From Iphione sp. A-MEVVRFRX5 (lineage: Eukaryota), in assembly GCA_976226885.1 (NCBI GenBank), contig OZ320315.1:868001-932000 (forward strand): a stretch of DNA of 64,000 bases, read 5' to 3'. Shown in pieces: positions 28,878-40,195 of the stretch (the first letter of the stretch is position 1; each line of letters opens with the position of its first letter). The position numbers and the translations under genes are program-made. The notes under the pieces are model-generated. The model was not told where the DNA came from. It was given only the letters and a program-made list of their open reading frames with translations, and ran no database searches.

Positions 28878-29474
28878 ATTTCTGTGTAAGGTCAACTAAG
28901 ATGTGCCTGAATTGGTGAGCGGCCAAGTGAACTCGCATTTGCCTTGTCTAAGCTCCTGCTGGTTCAACAACACCCTTTGTCATCACCTCCCATGGGATAG
29001 CGCTACCCAAGCCTTAACCCGGTCTGCAACGGAGACCTGTCGCACTGGATGCCGTGAGAATTTGTTGCCTTCCTCGAGACAGAAAATATTACAATTAGGG
29101 GAACCTGAAACAGTCTACAAAATGAATGTATATATTAGTATGACATGTCTGGCAGTACCAGCACTCATTAGGCAACGCCGTATGCTTCATTTTGAGGGAT
29201 AATATCAGTCATTATATAAAATACATCCTGATATATTGCAAGTTGAAGTAGGCTTATACTCCCCGGCCATGTGAGGAGGGACCCCCATCAGACAGTCAAG
29301 GGGGCGCAAACGTCTGGGCGCAACTGGTTACGGGCGCAGTCGACCTGATACCCGCGGGATCACTCACCTCGCCGATGCTCGAAGGACAACGACCCCCTCC
29401 CCTACCGCGACATCAGCCCCGGCCGCCGCCGCCGTCGCCGCTCGAATCAAAGACCCTCTCCTACCGTACGTGAC

Positions 29475-29620
29475 ATCACCCCCGAAAATTTGTCGCACTA
29501 ATGCCTTTGTCACAAAAATATACTTCAGCACTTAATCAACGGGTAGGAAAAGAAGGTTGTTGCATTGTTAATGCCTTTGTCGCACTTTTTTAAGCGAAAT
29601 GTGACAGGTTGCCCAGCGTG
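29475..29620. mobile_element. Left-truncated relative of the 28714-28877 MITE
   Basis: TGTCGCA motifs and right end GCGAAATGTGACAGGTTGCCCAGCGTG, matching 28850-28877. Confidence 0.6.
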
Positions 29621-29884
29621 TGAGTGCGCTGCCGCCGCCGCCGCCGCCGCCGCCCGGGCCAGGTTGAGGCTTGTCCAGCGTCTGAACTAAAAACTTAGTC
29701 AGTATTTGTTTCTATCTGAGTAAAACCTTACCTGTCTATATTAGAGAGGAAGCTGCAGCGTTGGGTTCGCAAGCTGTTTATGACGGGGGCACCCTGAAAT
29801 ATTCTATATTGACTCAGGTTCTGCCGAGGCCCTTGACTTCGGCCTCCTAGAAACAGTAAATATTTACTCCATGTGAGCGGCGCC

Positions 29885-30030
29885 GGGGCCGCTTGTAACG
29901 CCACGTCTGATTGGACTGGGGCCGCTTGTAACGCCGCGTCTGATTGGACTGGCTACATATTTACAGACGGCGCCACTTGAGTTGGAGCACATGTCAAGGG
30001 CGCCTAAGCTCACGAGAGTTCCACTTCCGG
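29885..30030. promoter_or_regulatory. Putative bidirectional promoter between ANKAR (-) and the THAP transposase (+)
   Basis: CpG-rich. Tandem 33-bp duplication (29885-29917, 29918-29950), each copy with ATTGG (CCAAT box). ETS-type ACTTCCGG at 30023-30030. Divergent donor-like sites: + GTAAGT at 30143; - GTAAGG at 29731 and - GTGAGT at 29367. Confidence 0.5.
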
Positions 30031-30268
30031 TTTTCGCCGCCTGGGTACATGCTATTATCGCTCACCACTGTTTACACATTGAGCTCTTGCTGTTTTATCT
30101 CACAGAAGAGGAACCACTGGACCAATTCACTTGAAATTTTCAGTAAGTATTCATATTGACTATATCTCTTACCACGTGAAAGCATTTATTGAAATTCTCA
30201 GTAGTTTCTTTTAACTAATTAGATTTATACGAGCTCAGCTGCCAACCAACTCACCCACATTACGTTTG

Positions 30269-30611
30269 CACCTGTAAACTTGCAACGAATGCTCTGATTG
30301 AGCTGAGATTTTTACTGTACCTCCGCCATACTCAGGGCTACATGTATACCAAATATTGTGTTGATACAACAGTTTACAGCGAAGTTATTCCCGTTATCGT
30401 AGTTACGCTTTTGCCGCCGCCGCCACCTCCACTTTACGTTTTCACCTGTAAACATGCAACGAATGCTCTGATTGAGCTGAGATTTTTACTGTACCTCCGC
30501 CTTACTCAGGGCTACATGTATACCAAATATTTTGTTGATACAACAGTTTACAGCGAAGTTATTCCCGTTATCGTAGTTACGCTTTTGCCGCCGCTGCCGC
30601 CACCTCCACTT
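30269..30611. repeat. 174-bp direct duplication x2
   Basis: CACCTGTAAAC at 30269 and 30443 followed by near-identical sequence. Confidence 0.85.
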
Positions 30612-30849
30612 TCTAGGTCTGACTGACATGACTCGTCTGACATGACATGACTCGTCTTTCAGCTATTATAAAAAGACTTGTAATTCTTTATTAAATTAAT
30701 CATATCATATCATCTGATTATGCCACTAGGCCTAGTTGTTAGGCATTATCTTGTAAAGGAATTCCACACAATGTAAAACGTCTGATAGGACTATCGTTGG
30801 AATTAATAAAATATTATTATTATTATTAGGTCACTGGGGTGGTGGCAGG

Positions 30850-31240
30850 GTTATGTGGGCAGGGTAAGGGGTTAGGGAAGATGCATCTGGTGTAGCCTAG
30901 TGTAGATGGGGCATTTATTTCAATTTTTTCTGTTGAGAAATTCATGAGTAGGGTCTCTGACAGACTATCACCTACCAAATCACTGACATAAAGAGACTCA
31001 GTTCACAGGTTAGGGATGTAGGCAGGGTAAGGGGTTAGGGAAGATACATCTGGTGTAGATGGGGCATTTATTTATATTTTTTCTGTTGAGAAATGCTTGA
31101 GTAGGGTCTCTGAAAGACTGTGACCTACCAGATCACTTGCATAAAGAGACTCAGTTCACAGGTTAGGTTATGTGGGCAGGGTAAGGGATTTGGGAAGATG
31201 CATCTGGTGTAGCCTGATGTAGATGGGGCATTTATTTCTA
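30850..31240. repeat. ~160-bp degenerate tandem repeat x3
   Basis: GGCAGGGTAAGGG.TTAGGGAAGAT.CATCTGGTGTAG blocks near 30857, 31020 and 31175. Confidence 0.7.
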
Positions 31241-31578
31241 TTTGTTCTGTTGAAAAGAGGCTCATTGGACAAGTTTAGGATGTGGGTTTGGTAAGGGGAC
31301 AGGAAAAATGGTTCTAGTGCAGTGTAGTACAGGAAGGTGATTTTTCTATTCCAAAATGTATGTGTAGCATCCTGTACAGACTATCATCTAGGAGTTAGCT
31401 TATGTAAAGAAATGTGGTTTACCAGGTTTAAATGTGAGGAGGGTGAGGGGGCAGGTTAGAAGCATCTTGTGCAGGTAGGGTCAGTGCTTACAAGAATAAG
31501 TTTTTTTAGGTAGTACTTTATAAACTACTCATGTTGATCTGCAAAATCATATATTTTCACCTTTTTTTAAAATAGAAG

Positions 31579-34031
31579 ATGGTGCTCTGCTTCATACCTG
31601 GATGCAGCCATCGGACCTGTAGGGAGTTGTGTTCCTTCCACCGCTTCCCAAAGGATCCAAAAGAAGCACAGCAGTGGGAAAAGCTATGCAGGTATGTATT
31701 TTCATTATGTCTATATCTGAATATTTTAATGAATTATATTTAAAGTGATACACGCATGCATTCTTTTGTCCCCACTCTCCAAAACCCACCTGCACTGCTA
31801 TACCTACTCTCTTACACTCACTCAGACACAAATCTTTGACATATCCTCTGCTATACATGTAATCCCTTATAGATATGGAACTTTACTGGCTGTCTTCAAG
31901 TATTGACTCCTATGTTAAAGCAAGGCAGGCACTTTTTAGAAAACTATCAAAGGCCACCACTATGGAGGAACAAGGTATATAATAATCAGAGAATTGTTCA
32001 TTTAATCTATAATCAACTTTTCAGGAGAGCTGACCGCAGGGCCAATACACATGACAGAGTCTGTAGCTGCCACTTTGATGGTGTCCACAAGAGGCCATCC
32101 ATTTTCCCTTGGACAAAAGGTGCTTCCTTAGTAGACCCCAAGAGGGTGGAGAGAAAAATAAAAAGGTATTCATATTGTTTACATAGCTCCCTTTAAGTTT
32201 ATTTTTAAAAGTATAGACCTTTTCAAGATTCTTTTATATATAATTTTTTTTATCTATGTGCTATTGATCATCTAGAGTCAGACAGAAATATTAATTTCTA
32301 GAAGTCTGCTATATAAATGTGATTGTATGAGGGATGTGAGTAGCTGTCTTATCATATGATGAACATTCCAAAAATACATTGATTTGAACATGCAAGTAAA
32401 ACAACACAAATGATCATTTGCTTCAGGAGGTACATTTTTTATTCAAAATAAGTCAAATCATCACTGACTTCACTTCATATTCTAAAATATTTTGTACATA
32501 GTAATTTGCCTCTCTTAAAACACTCTTGAATCCTGTTACAGAACGAAACGTAAATTGGAAGAGGCTGCAGGCAGTGCAGAACAAGAGGAGGCACCAAGCA
32601 GTGCAGGACCAGAAGAGGGACCAAGTATGCAGCGAATAATGACACCAACCCCTCCACCAGACCATGAGTACTCCCTCACAATTGACAAGTGTGAGGCAAT
32701 GATAGGGGAGAAAAATGAAGACATCAAGGCTCTAAAGGAAAATGTTGAGCAGCTGGAAGCAAGACTACGACTGGCAGAGCAGCGACATGCTACAGAATAC
32801 TTCAGTATTGAAAAGATCAAAGATGATGAAAAAAAGGTACTGTGTCATATAACTACCACTATAAACTCATAAACAGTCCAAGAGATACCTGCCGAATTTC
32901 CTTTTCATGTGCAATTGCAGTCATTTCCCCAACATATTCATCTGTTATATTACATATCTACATTATTCACTGACCCAAGCCTGATACATTCATATAACAA
33001 ACAGCAATATCTAACTAACAGTCTGGAGAAAACTTTGAAATGTTTGTTATAATTTGCAATATGGTATTTTACAGACAACCAGTACTTAACATGGATGTAC
33101 CACATTCATGAACCTTAGTAGAATATTATCTGGTGTTACATTTTGTCTATTTCAGATGCTTCTCTACACTACCTTGCCCTACGATGTGTTCAGTGTCATA
33201 CACAGATGCCTCTCTCGCTTTGAGCTGAATTATTATAAAGGGTTCAAGGTGACCAGCATACCTGCGGAAGACCAACTATTGATGACATTGATGAAGCTGA
33301 AGCTCAATACTCCTGACCTGGACTTGGCACAGAGATTTGGTGTCAGTGAGACCACAGTGAGCAATGTGTTCTATACCTATCTTTATGCCTTACATGAATG
33401 TTTTTTTGAAGGTATGATGGAGCAAAACATTCCTTCACAGCTGAAGTGTAAGGGATCAATGCCAAATGCTTTTAATGACTTTCAGGCAGCACGTATTGTG
33501 ATGGATGCAACCGAAATTACCATGGACATACCACATAGGCTAGACCAAAAAGCACAGACCTACAGTCAGTACAAATCAAGACATACAGTCAAAGCAGTGA
33601 TGTCTGTTGCTCCAAATGGTGTGGTTGTCCATGTTAGTGACTTGTACCCGGGTTCAACGTCAGATACAAAAATTGTGGAAAAATGTGGCATTCTAAAACA
33701 TCTGAAGCCAGGAGATTTGATCTTAGCAGACAAGGGGTTTACAATTCAGAAAATGCTACCACCTGGGGTTCATCTAAATATTCCACCATTTTTAGCAGCA
33801 AAATCACAGTTCTCACCACAGGAGGCAAAACTCTCTTACAAGATAGCCAAAGCACGTATTCATGTTGAGAGGGCAAATGAAAGAATAAAAAATTTTGCAA
33901 TTCTAAATCACATTCCTGCCCACTACAGGCACATTGCCTCAAAGATCTTCCAAGTGTGTGCAGTATTGATAAATTTCCAGGCACCACTTCTGGAAGAGAT
34001 TGCAGAAAAGTACAATTTTGAAAGTGAGTAA
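31579..34031 (+). CDS. THAP-HTH-DDE transposase (DDE_Tnp_4 / ISL2EU-Harbinger type), 474 aa, intact
   Basis: Exons 31579-31691, 32025-32165, 32542-32836 and 33156-34031 (1425 nt, phase-consistent, GT-AG). THAP C2CH motif: MVLCFIPGC..FHRFPKD..W..RVCSCHF. Acidic/coiled-coil linker. HTH: EDQLLMTLMKLK..DLAQRFGVSETTVS. Catalytic motifs VMDATE, LADKGF and IHVERAN. Confidence 0.92.
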
Positions 34032-34402
34032 TTTTATCAAATTTGCTACGACTTTCTGTAGAAAACATTTGCAAAATCTAAAAATTAAACATTACATGTT
34101 AGGATGTACACATGCTACAGAAATTGTCACTGTAATATGTACAGGGTCTACTCACTGGAGTTAATGAAAATTGTGTCTCAATAAGGTGATATTAAATAAT
34201 GGTGCTATGTCAGCTTTATTACAAGGTGAAGGTTTACTGGAATAAATAATAATATTTACCACCTATGTGAAAATCATTATAGTTTCTACCAAAAGAGCTG
34301 ACAAATTATCTTGGGATGAGTGTTAATTTGAAAATCTGCATCTAGCATATCAGCAAGGTGAATGATGTTCTGTATTTTATGTCCAAGCACACTGGTTAAC
34401 AT

Positions 34403-37400
34403 TTATGTACTGGTTACATATGAGATGAACTTGGAGAAATAAAAATTTAACATATTATCAATATTTGGCCTCCAGGATGGATCCTTTACAATGCGTACTA
34501 TATACATATCACGGGGTGACCAAACAACAAAATCCCCACAATCCATGTTGGTCAGGTACAGCTGCCCTTGAACCTGGTGGTAGTAGTCATGCCTGGAATC
34601 CAAGATGATGTTTCCACTGGCATCACATTCTGAAAAAAAGAAAACAGTATGCACTAAGTGTTGGGTCTAGTATGTATAAGACTTTTTTTAGTAAAGTATT
34701 TGTTAGTATCAGTTCATATGGAAACATTTGTCACCAAGAACCAACTATATAAAAATACATGTCTTTCAGAACTCATTTAGGTTGGGCTGGAAATGTAAAA
34801 GTTGTTCAATCACTGATAAGAGATATTTCTGCTACTTCAAAGGGTAACACATGTAACTTTATGATGGTACAAATATTCTCTGTTATATCAGTGAACAGTT
34901 ATCAGGGATAAGTTTTTGTACACACATCATTACTATTTGTAAGTGGTTATTTAATGATAAGGCATATATGAAAATACAATGTTCTTACTTAGGTAGAATG
35001 TCTTGTCCTCAGCAATCAATGATTTGATTGATGTCTCCCGTGCCTTCCAAGGACACTTTATTTCTAAGACCCTGGGTACTGCAGTCCTTGCCTCTGGTGT
35101 TTGGAAGGACAGGTTTTCACACTGTGATGTGCTCCTTGATACCAGGCCATCTGGTGATGCCCCTAGTGCACCACTTTCATGGAGCCAGATACCTGAAGTT
35201 AATTACAAATTGAAGGACATAAGAATTGGAATAAAATTTTGTCTGTGAACTCTCATCTTTTGAAGATATGCATTTACATTCCACTACCACAGCAATCTTT
35301 ACTGTAGTAATTTAAGTGTTCATCTTTTCACCTCAAACACAGTATCCTACAAAGGGTTTATAGCTACAAATATGTAAAATCATGTTAAGTATTTGTGGTA
35401 AATATATATAAACCTACAGCATTGCTTTCTACAGTTTTCATAAAATGATCGTGTATGACAAAGTGTACTCTGTAAAATATGTGTAGGTATAGCTTACCAG
35501 TTGGTTCCACACTGAACCCTAGCTGTTCATATGACTTCAGAGCATCTTTTTCATGGTGGATGCCCCATTGTATTGATCGAATGCTGGCATCTTGGAAGGA
35601 TGTTGTTAATTTCTTCTTAAGTGTCTCTGGAAAACTAGAATTATGCAGTTTATTACAAAAAGTAAAATTGTTGCAGACAAGCAGATATGTTTTTATGTAT
35701 TGATGTATACATTTCAACTTAAACTGAAGGCAGTTTCTGACATATACATGTTATGGTGATATCTGTCCAGTTGATGATACATAGATCTCAAAGATACACA
35801 GTTTGTCTTTACAGTACATTAATATTAAAAAAAATAAAAGTTAAACTTGATTGTATCTTACTTTCTGAGGCGAACAGCACGTATCACTGCCCCAAAGTTT
35901 GAGGCTGTGATCCGGTATTTCCTTAGAGCACACCACAGTGTATTGTCCCTCTGTCCTTGGGTCAAAGTTGCAACGTTCTGTGCCTGATCTCTTGGTACCA
36001 TGAGTGCCTGTTGCAACCAGCTGATGTTGTCCTCTGCCTGGATGAAGTCTGGTGACATCAACAAATCCTCCACCAGTTTGGTAGGGAGTTGAACTTCTGG
36101 TGGTTCACGGGACAAAGTCCAGTGCCATCCTGGGAAAGAATAATGATCATATTACTTAGTTGAATATGGTTATAATTCAAGTTAAATATGGTTACTATTT
36201 GGTTCAAAATCATATTGGCAGAATGTATATATAACATGTGCTGATAATATTGAAAGAATAATAAAATTGTTCACCTGTCACTTTAAGGTTACTTTCTATA
36301 TTTTCAGAGCAATTAACTATTCTTGCACTTCTTGCCTTTTTCCTTAAATTTTCTTGACCATGACGACACAGATTACTTGTAGTGAAAAGCATGTGTAATA
36401 CAAAAACAATTTTCTTAAGCAATCCATATGAAAATTGAAAAAGATTAACCTAAATTGATGAGCTAGAACCTTAACACAACAAATCATGGTAGAACATGGC
36501 ATCATCCAAATAACATTAAACATGAGAACAGTGAAAGAGATGTCATGTAATGCTACACTAAGAAAAGAAAAAAACACAAAAATAACCTTGCAAAAGCAAC
36601 TGTGAACTAAACAAGTTGAACATTTTCCTCCAAAGTCCTTCAGCTAATTTTATACCAAGAGATTTTCCCAAAATAGACAGGTCAGAGTGGAGTGCAACTT
36701 TATCATCTGCATTTACTGGACGAGACAGGGACCTGGCCAAATATTAATGAAAGAGCTTACAGTTTTAGTGTCATTCTTTATTCCAAGAATTTCATAATAT
36801 GCTTTAAGATTGGGTATAACTAAATAATATACATGTACTGGAGTACATTCTGTACAGTAAAGTCAACTTTGCTTTATCACATAGTACTTACCTGTGCTTT
36901 TTAGCTGGTGGAAACATCTCTGCCATGCTGCTGCTCTCCCTTGGCCTTTTGGATTTGGGCTGTCTCAACCACTGCATGGGTACATCTGTTTTTGATACAT
37001 TCTTGTACCTACAAATAAAGGCAATAATCAGTCTAAATCAGTGGGGGGGACTAAAATCTTACACTCATCTGTAGACATCTGGCAATAGAGAAAGGCTGTT
37101 TTCTGCTAGGACATTTACACTCTATACAATTAAACCTGAATTGGAAGTATGGGGGAACACTGGATACTGCTTACAACTTACATGATACCTTGTGGGAGGG
37201 GCCAAACCATACATACTCAGTCAATAAAGAAATAAAATATCACTGATTTAATGTATTCTTTTTTCATGTTTTATGTAAATATTTAATTGAAGGACAAACT
37301 CACCCATACAGCAGGAGAGCTGCAACATGATGACATTCATACTGGCCCATGGGGCATTCACATTTGGAGAGCATCACGTCATATCCACTGCCAAGTACTG

Positions 37401-37837
37401 CCTGTAATAGTAAGAAATAAATTAAGGTTTAAAATTATTCACCTATATTCATTTAAGATGAGTACATTTAACACTACAGAGCTAGAACAGTATAGAAGAA
37501 GACAGTCATCCAATAATCTTTTACAAGAGAGATGATACAGCAACTAAATACTCATGTATCAATACAGAACAAAGGCAGCCTACATAAAATACTCATGTTG
37601 ACTGAGCAACTGTGATGTTACTAAGAAAAACTGTACTTTGAAGTACAGGAAACTGATTACCTCAACACTGTAGGCCTTGTCCCTTTGGGAAGCCTGCACC
37701 TTGCCAGTGACCATCTGCATTTCAGGGTCATATAGAAATTTGAGGACGTGGTCACTCTCCACTGCATTTTCAGAATGCCTTCTCAACTTGGTCTTCCCTT
37801 CAGTATAGGAAGCCCAGTACTGCACGCTGAATGCCAT
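34403..37837 (-). CDS. SWIM zinc finger + YqaJ-like PD-(D/E)XK (lambda-exonuclease family) protein, 434 aa, intact; ISL2EU accessory ORF
   Basis: Exons 37837-37661, 37401-37304, 37008-36892, 36732-36656, 36129-35862, 35634-35498, 35192-34989 and 34629-34403 (1305 nt, phase-consistent; the exon 4 donor GTATAA is the weakest junction). SWIM motif CECPMGQYECHH. YqaJ motifs RITASNF, QWGIHHE, GASPDGL, EIKCP and YYHQVQGQL. Confidence 0.88.
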
Positions 37838-40195
37838 CTTCTAGTGAGTATTCTGTAACAGTATGGAAAAACATTAGAAACTGTAGAGGATATGGTACAT
37901 TTCACCCATGTATACAACCTTATGTGCATAGGAATTCTTCATTTTATATGTTCAAATGCATATCAATTTAATAAAATAGGTACATGTGAAATTAGTCTAT
38001 GCTGACAAGAAGTCACAATATGTGGACATGATACTGACTTCTGTACATGCATGCATCCTTGTGTGTATAAGTAAATGTATTCTGTATATATAGATATGCA
38101 TACATATATACCACTGCATGTCAAGTGTCCATGTAGTCAATTATTTCTCTTTGACATGTAGGACTAAAATAACCATAATATATGTACATGTTCATGGCGA
38201 TATGGATTACATATGCGTGAGTATGTGTCTCTGTTGGTGTATGTGAGTGTGTAGAGGGTGGGGTTTTAATTGGGTTATGTAGATGTGACTAAATGATGCT
38301 TTTTTAAAAAAATGTGATTCAAGGTGATTCGGTGTGAAACTCTACATGGCCATAGAAGAATTAAGAAAAAAAATATATCATTTCTTTTTGTTGAGGATTA
38401 AACAACTCCAGGACGAACTGGTTTGAGGGCAAAAGGCAAAAGGCCAGGTAGAAAGACCTGAATCCTACATATGCACACACACACACATACACACCAACGA
38501 AAATGCGGCTGACTCGTGATGTACGCTGGTGTCGTTTGTGAACATAATCATGGTATATAGAGGATTTTAACCACTTTCAGGTTATTCCTTGCACTATTAG
38601 CTTTCATATGACGTTTGAATCATCAAAATCAGATCATTATTAGTGAAGTTAGTATAGAACTACTTTATTATGGATTCATTGACTGAATTAACTTTAGGAC
38701 AGGACATTATGACTATCGAACAGGACATTATGACTATCAGACAGGACACAGTGCATTCACCACCAAACATGGTGACTAGGACTTGCCAACTAGTGGACAT
38801 GGTGACTATAATTCGTTTTTTAAGGTCGCCCAGTCAGTCGGCAGCCTACTTGATTGGTGGCCGAGTGGTAGTTTCCCCTATTATCACCCATTTTACACTC
38901 TTAATGTTTGTGTGCCTACCTTGAGAAATACACAAAATAAAAATGAAATAGATACCACAAACAATAGTATAGGATCTCTATAACCTATAAAAAATCTATC
39001 TCTTAAATCTGTAGTATTTGTATACTCTAAATCTGTCATAACAGATGAGCTTAGGTAGTGACCAAATATTAGACAAAACAAATACTCGCCAAATGAAAAC
39101 TACTTAGAATTGGGCAAAATCCTTTGGTATGCTTATTCACAGTGATTTGATGTATAATATTTCCAAAAATGAAGTCAAACGGAGCAGTGGTTCTCATTTT
39201 ATCAGACTTTACATTCTCTCCTATGGCACTTACCAGTGGTTTGTTTGTTGACATGTCCCCAGCTGATGAACTCTCGCGCTGCGACGTGATTTCCTACGGC
39301 GCCCTAGAGCTAGCAGGGTTAGTAAGCACATAACTATACACTGATTTCGTAAAAGTCTTTGTCTGTAAAATTCTAAAAGTTTGTACAAAGGAAGAGATAT
39401 ATAAGCTTATTCTCATAGACTCATATTTTGTATGTGGGTGTAGTATTTTCATTTAGGAGAGTCCTAGAACATGGCTCTTTTAGCAGTTCTGCTGGCAGTT
39501 CGGACATCGCGACCCGCGGACATAGTGACTATTTTCCCTGACACACACAGTCACATTACACCACGCTGACACACACACCTTGACATGAATACACCGACTA
39601 GTAGTGTTGATAACCGATCTCCCCTTTCCTTACAGGTTCCGTACATGTCCAATCGTTTATTCATTGTTTGATAACGTGTAGTTTTGAGTAGTGAGGACGA
39701 AATGTCTTTAGGGCGAACTGGCGAGGACGAACTGGCTTGAGGGCGAAACGTCGGTAAATCCTGTCACCCGCGGCCGAATCGCGATGTACATCGGCGTATT
39801 TTTCTCAAGAACGTAAGGTATATATGCACTTCTATCATAGCTCAGCTTAATCCTTGGGCAATTACCTTTAAAATGGCGTTTATTGCATCCGAATCGGAGC
39901 ATTATTAGTGAAAGAGTCGGTAGATACAGAAAATCTGCGCAGTGGATATTGTCAAGTATAGGTGAGTGTTTCTCGCCATTTCGTTAATATGGTCCGATTT
40001 GGATGCAGCAGAATGCATTCAAAAGCTGAGATTATAAGAAAGACAACGGAAGGTACCGGTGCGATGTGCACATACACTAATTATTTCTTTGAGAATTTTA
40101 ACGAAAAGTCGATTGCGATTTAGCGGCCAAGTGACTGCATGACTTTCCAGTCGAAGCAGTTAAGTTCGTTTTTTAAATAAGTGAATTGATATAAT

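Larger units (their letters stand above)
29997..39305. mobile_element. ISL2EU-type autonomous transposon body or domesticated gene pair (boundaries uncertain)
   Basis: A convergent THAP-DDE plus YqaJ pair is the known ISL2EU architecture. The only inverted terminal candidate found is an 8-bp AGGGCGCC/GGCGCCCT without a TSD. Confidence 0.6.
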
